Shown here: piece by piece, positions 37,963 to 50,470 of the stretch | Numbering within the stretch: the first letter of the stretch is position 1 | Layout: every line of letters starts with the position of its first letter | Assembly (NCBI RefSeq): GCF_963921235.1 | Contig: NC_086097.1 | Location: 205,346,001-205,410,000 of the forward strand | Direction of reading: 5' to 3' | From: Mobula hypostoma | Lineage: Eukaryota | DNA: 64,000 nucleotides | The notes under the pieces: generated by a model | What the model was told of the DNA's origin: nothing | Seen by the model: only the letters and a program-made list of their open reading frames with translations | Databases searched by the model: none | Translations under genes and position numbers: made by a program

Positions 37963-40900
37963 TGCTACCCCATGACCAGTTGCTGCAATGCGCTATAGGG
38001 ACATGTCTATTTGTGGAGCTTGAAATATCAGATGTCGCTGTCCGTCGTCTGTTGGACACAGGTAGTCAGGTAAGCACCCTGAACGAGCAGTTCTTTCGAG
38101 AACGATTGAATGGAGAGGATGACGGTATGTTGTCCACTGCTGGCTGGCTAAGGTTAGCAGCTGCAAACGGTCTTGATATTCCTTACCTTGAGTATCTAGA
38201 GCTAGGGGTTCAAGCAATGGGCATGAAGATACCAAATTGTGGCTTTCGAGTAGTCAGGGATCCTCTTAGCACCGAACCCACCTATCCCATGCATTGTAGG
38301 CATCAACATTATCAGCCAGTGTAGGCAACTTGTCTACACAATGTTTGACTTCGATGTCCAGTATTGTCCAGGTCAGAGCGATACCGTGGCTGATGCACTC
38401 TCTAGGCAGCCATTTGCAGGGTAGCCTGAGCCTGTCTCAAGGAATGCAGAGTTTGATGGGGCTGTGGCGATCGGTAGTTTGATCAATTGCGGCACTGCCC
38501 TTGACCCGGCACTGGTTACTGCTGGTCTTAACAGCTGTAGGGTTAAGCAAATTCGAGCCTGGGAAGCTGGTACTAGCAATGTAAGTGGTCCGACGAAAGG
38601 GAACACTCCAACCCTCCCAGGTTACTCTAATGGAGACTTGCGTACTTTTCAGCAGCAAGACCCTGTGTTAGGTGTCCTAAGGGACTTATGGGATCAGAAA
38701 AGAAAGCTGAGTGGCCAGGAGCGTAAAACTCTGCCTAAACCTGTTTTGTCTCTGTTAAAGTACTGGGACAGTATCAGGGAGCGTAAAGTGTTACTGTATA
38801 GGGTAGTTGAGGACGAGAAGCTTGGGGAGTGTTACCAGCTTCTGATAACTAACAGCTTGAGGATCAAAGTGTTAGAGTATGTACATGACTCTATGGGCCA
38901 TCAAGGCATAGAACGTACTCTGCAGTTGTTGAGAAGCCGATGTTTTTGGATAGGCATACACGAGGATGTGGCACGGTGGGTCAAAAATTGTCCATGTTGT
39001 GGGCTAACTAAGATGCCGCAGCTAGGATCCACCCCCACCCCCCATGAAGCCATTTCTGGCTTCTAGGCTGCTTGAAGTTGTAGCGGTAGATTTCATTGTG
39101 TTGGAGCCGGCAACTGACGGGCGTGAGAATGTCTTAGTGGTCATGGACGTTTTCACTAAGTTCACACAAGCATTTTCGACTCGGGATTAAGAGGCCAATA
39201 CCACAGCAAGGGTGCTCTTGAGGGAATGGTTCATGAAGTACGGTGTCCTTGAGAGATTGCATTCTGACCAGGGCCGTAACTTCGAACGTGAGGTCATAGC
39301 GGAGCTTTGCAAACTATATGGGGTAAAGAAAAGCCGTACCACACCTCATCATCCTACTGGAAACATGCAGTGTGAGCGTTTCAACAGGACGATGCATGAT
39401 TTATTGCATACGTTGCCTCCAGAAAAGAAGCGCAGATGGCCAGAATATCTACCCGAGTTGGTGTATACATATAATGCGACACCTCACGCCACCACCGGGT
39501 ATTCACCTTACTATCTGTTGTTTGGGGTGGATCCCCACTTGCCCGTGGATGCTCTGCTGGGGCAAGAACAGACGGTGGACCAGAAACATGACTGGCTAGC
39601 TGTACACCAGAGCCGACTGAGGGATGGGCATGCCAGAGCAAAAGAGTACTCTGAACAGAAGGCGGCAGATTGCATTGCCTGGCAGGAGGACAAAGTGTAC
39701 TGTCCCGAAGTTGATGTGGATGCGCTGGTTTACCTGAGGAACAGATCATTAGGCCATAATGAGATCCAGGATGCTTGGAACTCAACTGTCTACAGGGTGG
39801 TAGAGGTACTGGGCAACACATACACTGTGGAACCTTGGGAGGGTGGGCCTAGCAAGAGGGTGAACAAGGTAGACATCAGCCCCTGTGAGAACCATCGCAC
39901 TCCAGCTACTTGAAGGAGACTGCAAACTCCAGTAACTCAGGCCAGCTCACCCCTGGGGCATGAATCAGATTCTGAGGATTCAGAAAATGGTGTGATAGTG
40001 GTAGAAGATATGTCAGAACAGGGTGTACAGAATCTTGACCCTAGCCTAGACAGCATATCTTCCAAAAATATGACACCTTCTGCAACTGAGACGGGGAGCT
40101 GACAATGGCTAATGCAGGGGCAAAGGTCGGTAGCCCTCTTGTAGCAACACCCAGCAGGAGTAAACAAGTAAATGGTGGATAGCACCCTAACCCACATCAC
40201 GAACCAAGGTCAGTCCCTAATGAGGTCTCCATAAGTCCGGTAGCAGTGTCTGAGATACTGGCTAGTCTCAGTTCAGTTCTTTTTAGAGAAGCAGTTAGGG
40301 AGGTTAAAAGTACCCTTGTAGTGAGTGAGTAATCGAGGACAATTACTTGAATGCAGTGGAGAATGTAACTGGGTGACCATCAAATCTTATTCAGTACCGT
40401 TAAAAGTGTACTTAGGCATCCATCCAGGTAATACTAGAATAGTTGTCTGTGCCTTTAAGGGAGACAGTGATGTCATTACACATGCACGGGATAGTGGGGA
40501 GACCATTTTGTTTTCTGCTGAAGACGCTGGTGGGGCGTTGGAATTGAGTTCCTCCTCAAGACTGGGCTTGGTGAGGAAAAGTGAGCATTAATTGACGATA
40601 TCCATGTGAGTTGCTTTATGCTTGTTGGCGAATCGAGAATATCAGTAATTTGACATGTTTTACATGTGGATGCTTTAGATTTTCACGAGTAAAGGCATTG
40701 ACACCGGATCACGTGGCTTATGCAAAGTTCCTCACCATCCAAGTAGGTCAGTCTTCCTGTAATTTAACTATCAGGCAATACTTTGTAAAAGTTGTGCCAA
40801 AGTGTACCTTTTGTCTAACTTCATTGTATCAGGACTGATTGTGCATGTAACTGCGTAACGTGAATGTTTGGTCTCGTTTGGAAGTTCAGCATGTGTGTAC

Positions 40901-42389
40901 GTCTTAGATGAGATGTATTCACTTACGTTTTTTGTTGTTATGTATAAGATGCAGGGTGGGTGGGAGTCTAATGTTGTTTGTATTGTGTTCCTTCAGGAAT
41001 GCCACTACCGTATTAGTTCTGGTATTTTTTTATGCTGCATATGCAATTCTGTCCATACACAAGGGTGTGGATCGAAAGTTAAACTGAGATTGTAACAGCA
41101 AGAACTGGTTGTAAATTCATTCGTTTTGTTTTGCAACCCTCTTCTAACACTTAAACATCTAAAACAGATAAAGGAATTAAAACCCGAAAAAGTATTTGTT
41201 GTCCTGAGTGCGTACTTTTCCCCAGGCTACACATATTATGATCACTTCCTTTACCTTAATCTCCCTAATCACCTCCGGTTCATTACAAAACACCCAGTCC
41301 GGTGTAGCTGATCCTCTAGTAGGCTCAATGGGAAACTGTTCTAAAAAAAACATCTCATAGGCATTCAACAAACTCACCCTCTTGAGGTTCACTACCAACC
41401 AGATTTTCTCAATTTACCTGCATGTTAAAAATCTCATATGACTATAACATTGCCCTTTTGATACACCTTTTCTATCTCCCATTATAATCTGCACTCTACA
41501 TCCCAACTACTGCTTGGAGGCCTGTATATAACTGCCATCATGGTCCTTTTACTCTTGCAGTTTCTTAACACAAGCCACAAGGATTCAATGTCTTCAGATG
41601 CTAAATCACTTCTTTTCAATGATTTGATGTCATTCTTTGCCAGCAGAGTCACACCACCCCCTATCGACCTTCCCATCCCTCCAATACAATGTGTAACCTA
41701 GGACATTCAGCACCTAACTACAACCATCCTTTTGCCACAATTCAGTAATGGCCACAACATCATACCTGACAATCTGTAAAAGTGCAACAGGATCATCCAC
41801 CTTATTTCTTACACTCTATGCATTGAGATATAACACTTTGAGTGCTGTATTTGCTACCCTTTTTGATTCTGTATCCCTAATGCACTGATACTCACTCTGC
41901 TGGCTACAATTTTGTCCTATCATCTGCCCGCCCTTCCTAACAGTCTGACTGCGTGCTATTTTTGCTTTGTCACCATTCATCTTATCCTGAGTCCCTTCAC
42001 TCCCCCTGCCGGTTCCCACCCACTGCCAAATTAGTTTAAACCATCCCCAACAGCTCTAAGAAACCTGCCCATGAGAATATTGCGCCCCCGCGCCCCCCCC
42101 CCAGCTTGGGTTCAGGTGCAACCTGTCCCTTTTATACAGGGCATGCCTCTCCCAGAAGAGATCCCAATGATCCAAGAACCTGAAGCACTGCCCCCTGCAC
42201 CAGCTTATCAGCCATGCATTTATCTGCCAAATCATCCTGTTTCTACCCTCACTGGCACATGGCATAGGCAGCAATCCAGAAATTACTGCCTTGGAGGTTC
42301 TGCTTCTCAGCTTTCTACCTAGCTCTCTAAATTCTCTCTTAATGACATCTTTGCTTTACCTTCCTATGTCATTGGTACCAATAGGAGCC

Positions 42390-43482
42390 AACAAATGTGG
42401 CTGCTTAACTGTTACAGTAAAGATTTTAGCATGGATAAAGCCGGAGGCAACAAGTGGGAATAAAGAAACCCTTTTCTGGTGGTGGGCTGGCAGTGACATG
42501 GGTCTGTTTTAGGACGGACTCTTTTTATATTATATGTCAATGATTTGGATGATGGAATTGATGGTTTTGTTGCAAAGCTGGCAGATGATGAAAGACAGGT
42601 GGAGGAGCAGGTAATTTTGAGGAAATTGAGAGGTTACAGAAGGACTTAGATCAGGAGAATGGGCAAAGAAATAGCAGATGGAATGTAGTGCTAGGAAGTG
42701 TATTGTCATGCACTTTAGTAGAAGAAATGAAAAGGTTGACTATTTTCTAAATAGAGAGGAAATACAAAAAAAAAACTGAGGTACAAAGGGATTTAGGAGT
42801 CCTTGTGCAGGATTCCCTAAAGGTTAATTTGCAGTTCAAGACAATGGTGAGTAAGGCAAATGCAATGTTAGCATACATTTCAAGAGGACTAGAATATAAA
42901 AGCAAGGATGGAGTATTAAGACTTTATAAAGCACTGACGAGGCCTCACTTGGAGTATTGTGAGCAGTTTTGGCCCTATCACATTAGAAAGGATGTGCTGA
43001 AACTGGAGAGGATACAAAGGAAGTTCACAAAAAAATGATTCCACGTTTGAATGGCTTGTCATATGAAGAGTGTTTGATGGTTCGCTATTCACTAGAATTC
43101 AGAAGAATGAGAGGCAACCTCATTGAAACCTGTTGAATGGTGAAAGGCCTTGATAGATTGGATGTGGAGAGTCTAAGACCAGAGTACACAGTGTCAGAAT
43201 AGAGGGGTGTCCTTTTAGAACAGAGGTGAGGAGGAATTTCTTCAACCAGAGAGTGATGAATCTGTGGAATTCATTGCCACAGGCAACTGTGGAGGCCAAG
43301 TCTTTGTGCATATTTAATGTAGAGATTGATAGATCCTTGACTGGTCAGAGCATGAAGGGATATGTGGAAAATGGAGAAGTTTGGGGCTGAGATGAAAATT
43401 CTATCAGCCATGATGAACTGACGGAGCAGCCTCGATGAGCCAAATGGCCTAGTTTTGCTCCTATATCTTATGATCTTATGGT
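42390..43482 (+). mobile_element. CR1 3' portion
   Basis: LYKALTRPHLEYCEQFW; RRNFFNQRV; CR1 tail. Confidence 0.9.
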
Positions 43483-45413
43483 TATCATATAATTAAATTG
43501 GAGTCTGCTACAATACACAAAACTGGCAATTATGGTGGGAAACAGACCTTGCCCCACATTTTTGCCAGGCCACTGCTTGGAAAAAGATATACATGGTCAA
43601 GACCTAGCTGAGGTATCACATGATCTCTTTTGGTATCCATCAATGGGAAAGCAATGGCTAGAGGATGAACATGAGTACAAAAAGACAGAGATGCAAGATA
43701 TTTACGCTGCATTAGATTTGCTTTAAAAAAAAATCTAATTGTATGTTCCCATTCTGAGGCAAAAATGTATTTTACAGTAAATTGCTTTTTGTTTTGCTTC
43801 ATCCAAGAAAAAATGGAATTATATGCTGAATTACTATTCTATTCACTTGACGTAAATTATATTATTCTATATAACTAGGAACTGTTTCTAAAATTCAATC
43901 AAATTGATAGCTATGAAATACGATATCTCCTTAGGTAAAATATAAGAGTACAGTTAAAGATATTGGAGCAGGTACTTTGATAGAAAAGGTGTAAAGGATA
44001 TGAGGTGTAAAATAATTTGGATCTAAGGACACAGTTTGGTTTTGAATGTTGTTGTTGCTTGCTTCCATGGTTTATGATTTGGTTTGTTTTTTTTCCTCTC
44101 TTTCTCTGTAGGCACAGGGGATTGGTACTACTTTTTTTAAATTGGGTTATTTCGGGTTTCTTGCTTTATGGCTACCTGTAAGCAAACCATCTCAAGGTTG
44201 CATAATTTATACTTCATTTGATAAGTAATGCACTTTGAAACTTTGAAATTTTAAACAAGTCTAATGTGGGCAAATGGGATTGGTGTGGTAGGCATTGCGG
44301 GAGGTGTGGACAAGGTGGGATCAAATTCCTTGTCTTTATCCTGAAGTTTCTATGATTCTTTGAAGGTAAAAAAATTATAAGAAGTACAGATATATTCTGA
44401 ATATTCTGGAAGAAGGAGAATTAGCAGCATGTGTCTCAGCTGAAACGTATAGAATTGCTGAAACACCTGATTGGCTTCCATCCTATCCAAAATTGGTGGT
44501 GGATAGGAAGACAGAAAGACAGTGAAAATGACAGACAGAAAGACAGCAAGAAATGGTGCAAATAATAATTCTGTGTTATTTACGTAGATCTAATGTGTTT
44601 GTTTGTTACAAATCAGGGTTATTGAGGCTTTTATACACAATTAATTGAAATGTTAAAAGTTGAAAATTTTGGAAATGCTGTTGGTCTTTAATAAAAAAGC
44701 CCAGAATCTGTTGTTTGATAACCTTATAAAAATAGTTCTACTTGTCCACCAGAGTTTATGACATGGAGAGGTAATAGAATAGACACAGTTGTGGAAATAA
44801 TAATGCTATAAACTAACCATTAACTAGCCTATGAATCTAAGATAACTATACCCAATTGGACAATTTACATTCTGTAACAGGCAACATTATCTCACTGCAG
44901 CTACATTTTGTGCCATGTTCAACCTATAACAGTATGATTAATTTCCCAACATTTTTTTTTATAATATAATGTTATAATAATGTTATAATAACATTATGTA
45001 TTCATTCTTTTTACAGTATTGAGTAAATTTTAAATTAGTACCTCATGTCAGTAGTGCTAGGCATGAAATATATAGATCTATATGGCTTACTAACTTTCTT
45101 TGTGGATGGATAGCTATAGTTCTTAATCGTGGTGATCTAATTGTGATCCCAGACCTACAGCAACGTCTGATTTTTTGTTTCCCACCGAAATGATGAAGAC
45201 CACCTGCATAGCACCAGTTTGCTTAGGACAAGATTGAGTCAAGATTCACAATGAATAGCATACGTGACTTGTGGCAAGGGCTGCATATCATCGCAGACTT
45301 CAAAACCAACCAACGTCGCAGCCTCTCTCCCAGATGAGCTCAATTGCTTTTACGCTTGGTTCAATGCCGCTAACTTTGAGCCTCCGAGGAAAGCCACCAC
45401 TACAGTCTGCAAC

Positions 45414-46598
45414 ACACATCAAAGTTGCTGGTGAACGCAGCAGGCCAGGCAGCATCGGTAGGAAGAGGTGCAGTCGACGTTTCAGGCCGAGACCCTTCGT
45501 CAGGACTAACTGAAGGAAGAGTGAGTAAGGGATTTGAAAGTTGGAAGGGGAGGGGGAGATCCAAAATGATAGGAGAAGACAGGAGGGGGAGGGATAGAGC
45601 TGAGAGCTGGACAGGTGATAGGCAAAAGGGGATACGAGAGGATCATGGGACAGGAGGTCCGGGAAGAAAGATGGGGGGGCGTACCCAGAGGATGGGCAAG
45701 AGGTATATTTAGAGGGACAGAGGGAGAAAAAGGAGAGTGAGAGGAAGAATGTGTGCATAAAAATAAGTAACAGATGGGGTACGAGGGGGAGGTGGGGTCT
45801 TAGCGGAAGTTAGAGAAGTCGATGTTCATGCCATCAGGTTGGAGGCTACCCAGACGGAATATAAGGTGTTGTTCCTCCAACCTGAGTGTGGCTTCATCTT
45901 TACAGTAGAGGAGGCCGTGGATAGACATGGCAGAATGGGAATGGGATGTGGAATTAAAATGTGTGGCCACTAGGAGATCCTGCTTTCTCTGGCGGACAGA
46001 GCGTAGATGTTCAGCAAAGCGGTGTCCCAGTCTGCGTCCGGTCTCGCCAATATATAAAAGGCCACATCGGGAGCACCGGACGCAGTATATCACCCCAGTC
46101 GACTCACAGGTGAAGTGTTGCCTCACCTAGAAGGACTGTTTGGGGCCCTGAATGGTGGTAAGGGAGGAAGTGTAAGGGCATGTGTAGCACTTGTTCCGCT
46201 TACATGGATAAGTGCCAGGAGGGAGATTAGTGGGGAGGGATGGGGGGGACGAATGGACAAGGGAGTTGCGTAGGGAGCGATCCCTGCAGAATGCAGAGAG
46301 GGGCGGGGAGGGAAAGATGTGCTTAGTGGTGGGATCCCGTTGGAGGTGGCGGAAGTTACGGAGAATAATATGTTGGACCCGGAGGCTGGTGGGGTGGTAG
46401 GTGAGGACCAGGGGAACTCTATTCCTAGTGGGGTGGCGGGAGGATGGAGTGAGAGCAGATGTACGTGAAATGGGGGAGATGCGTTTAAGAGCAGAGTTGA
46501 TAGTGGAGGAAGGGAAGCCCCTTTCTTTAAAAAAGGAAGACATCTCCCTCGTCCTAGAATGAAAAGCCTCATCCTGAGAGCAGATGCGGCGGAGACTG
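45414..46598 (-). mobile_element. Penelope-like element, family A (RT C-terminus, GIY-YIG endonuclease, terminal repeat), 5'-truncated
   Basis: GVIYCVRCSRCGLLYIGETGRRLGHRFAEH; one in-frame stop at 46127-46129; TSD CAGTCTGCAAC (45403-45413 and 46599-46609). Confidence 0.95.
45472..45507 (-). ncRNA. Minimal type I hammerhead ribozyme motif, intact core
   Basis: AGTC-CTGACGA-AGGGTCTCGGCCT-GAAAC-GTC-GACT. Confidence 0.8.
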
Positions 46599-48149
46599 CA
46601 GTCTGCAACCTGGTCATCTCTAAGTCTGAGGTACACAGATGTATCCAATGAGTGGACAGTTGCAAGGCTGCAGGACTGGACGGCATCTCAGGGCGAGTAC
46701 TCAAGATGTGGGCACTCACCACCATAATTCCATCCAGGCTCGACAGGAAGCTCAGAGACCTCGGCCTTGACAGCTGGATCCCAGGCTTCCTGTCAGATCA
46801 TCAGCAGGTGGTAAGAGTGGGCTCCCTCACTTCCACCCCTCTGACTCTCAAGACAGAGGCCCCTCAGAGCTGTGTACTAAGTCCACTCCTTTACTCCCTG
46901 TATACCCATGGCTGTGTCGCCATCCACAGTTCTAATCTGCTAATTAAATTTGCCAACGACACTATATTGATTGGCCTAATCTCAAATAATAAAGAGGTGG
47001 CCTACAGGGAAGAAGTCATCTCTCAGACACAGTGGTGTCAAGAAAACAACCTCTTCCTCAATATTGCAAAAACAAAGGAGCTGGTTGTGGATTACAGCAG
47101 GAATGGAGACAGGCTAACCCCTATTGACATCAATGGATCTGGGGTTGAGAGATAAACAGCTTTAAGTTCCTCGGTATCCACATCACTGAGGACCTCACGT
47201 GGTCTGTACATGCCAGCTGTGTGGTGAAGAAGACACAACAGTGCCTCTTTCACCTCAGACGGTTGAGGAGGTTTGGTATGGTCCCCCAAGTTCTAAGAAC
47301 TTTCACAGGGGCACAATTGAGAGCATCCTAACTGGCTGCATCACTGCCTGGTATGAGAACTGTATCTCCCTTAATCACAGGATTCTGCAGAGAGTGTGCG
47401 GACAGCCCAGCACATCTATAGTTATGAACGTCCCATGAGTCAGGACATTTACAAAGACAGGTGTTAGAAAAGAGTCTGAAGGATCTTTGGGGACCCAAGT
47501 TACCCCTACCACAATCTATTCCACCTGCTACCATCCGGGAAATGGTACCACAGCATAAAAGCCAGGACCAACGGGCTCCAGGACAGCTTCTTCCACCAGG
47601 CCATCAGACTAATGTACTCATTCTGATTTGAGCGTATTTCTATGCTACATTGATAAAGTATTATAAATTACTATGATTGCACATTGCACATTTAGACAGA
47701 GTCGTAACATAAAGATTTTTACTCGTATGTGAAGGATGTGAGAAATAAAACCAATTCACTTCAAAAAGTTAGCTTACCATGAACGCAACAATTCGAGGTG
47801 GCTTCTGAATGTTAGTGTTATCAGTAACCTTCACATTTCATGAACAAAGAAACAAAATTATGATATTAACTAAGTTAAAAACTCTGAGCTAAGCTTTAAA
47901 GTTGAAATATAGTGGTGGTGTTGGTGGGGGGGCGGTGTATCTATTTACAATTTTGCAGTCTGTTGGGAACATTTGACTGAGATTAAAATGCATTTCAACA
48001 TAAGATGTTCCTGAACAATATTGTTCCATATACATCACTTAATTAATTGGGAGGTCATCAGGCTGTTCAATCTAATGGAAAGAAGAACTAATCATCCTGA
48101 TGCTACTTAAGGTCCATGGGAATCGCATCAAAGACATGAAATTTGCTTC

Positions 48150-49237
48150 TAGGAAAGTGAGTCAACTTTCAGATGCCACTTTAGTGATGCTTGTTGAGGA
48201 GGTCAGTGAGGGAATGAAGCAATTCAACTATGAAGAAGAGAGTAGGCGGTGTTAAAATAAACAACCTTGAAACATTATAAACAATCATCAGCAAACTTGC
48301 ATATGGTGTTGCAGTTCTGCTTAGCAGTGTATCAGTGTAAAACCAGTGGAGCAGGGAGTTAAGCACCAGCGTACCTGTGCTGATGGCATTCATGGAGGAG
48401 ATGCTGTTGGCAATCCAAACTGAGTGGCATCTGCAAGCGAGGATATCAAGGATCCAATTGCACTAGGAGGTACTGAGGCCAAGGGTTTGAAGCTTATTGA
48501 TTAGTTTTGAGGTGCTGATGGTATTGAATGCTGAGCTGTAGTTGATGAAGAGCATCTTGATGTATGCATCTTTGCTGCCCAAATATTCCAAGGCTGAGTG
48601 AAGAGCCAATGATGTATCTGCTGTGGACCTGTTGTTCCAGTAGGCGACTTGGAGCAGATCCAAGTCACTTTTCAGGCATGAGCTGATATGTTTCATCACC
48701 ACCCTCTCAAAACACTTAATCACTGTGGAAGTAAGTGCTCCTGGATGATAGTCATTGAAGCAGGTTATCATGTTCTTCATAGGCACCGTTATAATTGAAG
48801 TCTGCTTGAAGCAGCTGGCTACCTCAGACAGCTGAAGCGAGAGGTTAAAGTGAACACTCCAGTCAGTCAATCAGCACATTTCTCTAGTATTGGCCATATA
48901 CCCCGTCTGGATCGGATACTTTTCGTGAGTTCACCCTCCTGAATGCTGCTTGCACATTAGCCTTGGAGAAATCAGAGGACCATCAGAGCTATGGGAGTTT
49001 ATTATGGTTCCTCCATGTTTTGACAGTCAGAGTGAGCATAAGAGGCATTGGCCTTATCTGGAAGCCAAGCCCTGTTGTTGCCTGTGTCACTTGATTTTAC
49101 TTTATAAGAGCTGATAATATTCAAGCCCTGCTGCAACTGTTGAGCATTCTTTGTTGATTCAAGTTTAGTCCAGAATTGCTACTTTGCCCATGAGGTGACT
49201 TTCCGGAGATCGTACCTGGATCTCGTGTAACTCTGGT
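48150..49237 (-). mobile_element. Rex1/Babar LINE fragment
   Basis: [35 protein letters not shown]. Confidence 0.85.
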
Positions 49238-50061
49238 GTACAGGTGTATGTAATAAAGTGGCCACTGAGTACCCTGGCTGGATATTGCCAAGGACTGAAT
49301 TGGAAACTCGGAGGTCGAGGCCTGTTGGCCAGAGCCCCTAGCCAGTGAATCTCCGCAAGTCCCCAATGTCTGTAAGTCTGAATCTGAATCTGAGTGTGCT
49401 GGAAGCTGGAGGCTGAGGAAGAGAGCCTGCGCTGGAATTAGACGTGTATGTGTATGGGTGGGAGGGAGGAACGAGGCTTGTTGATGTTGTTTTGTTGCTT
49501 GTTGTGCCCTGTTTTGTGGTTTTCTGCCAAGCAGTGTGGGCATGCTGTATTGGTGTTGGAATGTGTGGAGACACTTGTGGGCTGCCTCTAGCACACCTTT
49601 GGGAGTATTGGTTGTGCATGCAAGTGACACGTTTAACTGTATATTTCAACGTATACTTGATAAATAAACTTGAATCTTGAGTCCAATATCTTTCTTTGTG
49701 CCCGTTGCTCTTCTTAAATACCAGATCAACATTAGCTATTCTCCTGGCTTCTGAAGCCTCAACCATGGCTATAAAGGATGCATATCCTCTGTCAGGACAT
49801 CAGAAATCTCCTCTCTCCCCTCCCTCAGTATACTGGCATTGATTCCATCAGGTCCTGGGGAGTTATCCACATTTATATTTCTTATGCCATTCCTTTATCA
49901 TTCTTAATAACAACGTGCCCTGGAATACTCAACTCATCCTTCCTAACTCTCTCCATCATAAAATAATTAACAAAAAATATCATGCACTTTGGTCATTGAT
50001 ACGGATATTTTATTTTGATCGGATGTTTCCAAACTTAGTGAACCTCTTAGGAAAATTATAA

Positions 50062-50355
50062 AACGTAAACGCGAGGAATTCTGCAGACGCTGGAAATTCA
50101 AGCAACACACATCAAAGTTGCTGGTGAACTCAGCAGGCCAGGCAGCATCTCTAGGAAGGGGTACAGTCGACGTTTCGGGCCGAGAACCTTCGTCAGGACT
50201 AACTGAAGGAAGAGCTAGTAAGAGATTTGAAAGTGGGAGGGGGAGGGGAAGATCCAAAATGATAGGAGAAGACAGGAAGGGGAGGGATGGAGCCAAGAGT
50301 CCAGTCATTTTGGATCTCCCCCTCCCCCTCCCCCTCCCACTTTCAAATCTCTTAC
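50062..50355 (-). mobile_element. Short Penelope-like insertion with a terminal fold-back
   Basis: TSD TAGGAAAATT(A/G)TAA (50048-50061 and 50356-50369); 50305-50358 is an inverted copy of 50215-50262. Confidence 0.85.
50165..50200 (-). ncRNA. Minimal hammerhead ribozyme motif, intact core, helix II mismatch
   Basis: AGTC-CTGACGA-AGGTTCTCGGCCC-GAAAC-GTC-GACT. Confidence 0.7.
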
Positions 50356-50470
50356 TAGGAAAATTGTAATGCAAGTTCTTTTTTCCCCAGTCATTGCAAT
50401 TAACAGTAGGACTAGAATCGCTCTGGACAGTATATACTGGACACAAGTATTGACAGCCCCATCCTGCTCA

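Larger units (their letters stand above)
36685..41231 (+). mobile_element. Ty3/Gypsy LTR retrotransposon, internally deleted
   Basis: TSD CATA; partial 5' LTR 36685-36929; complete 3' LTR 40364-41231 (TGTAA..TACA); Gag knuckle CFKCQVGGHLAKNC; protease LLDTGSQVS; integrase HDSMGH..C..C and HSDQGRNFE. Confidence 0.95.
35295..42385 (-). mobile_element. CR1 LINE (ORF1 esterase end plus ORF2 APE) split by two LTR-type insertions
   Basis: FLDHWDLFWERHALYKRDRLHLN; LKVLYLNA; GGGVTLL..VIYRPP; continuity is restored across the CATA and TTAG TSDs. Confidence 0.85.
45290..47760 (+). mobile_element. Rex1/Babar LINE, decayed, split by a Penelope-like element
   Basis: [38 protein letters not shown]. Confidence 0.9.
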
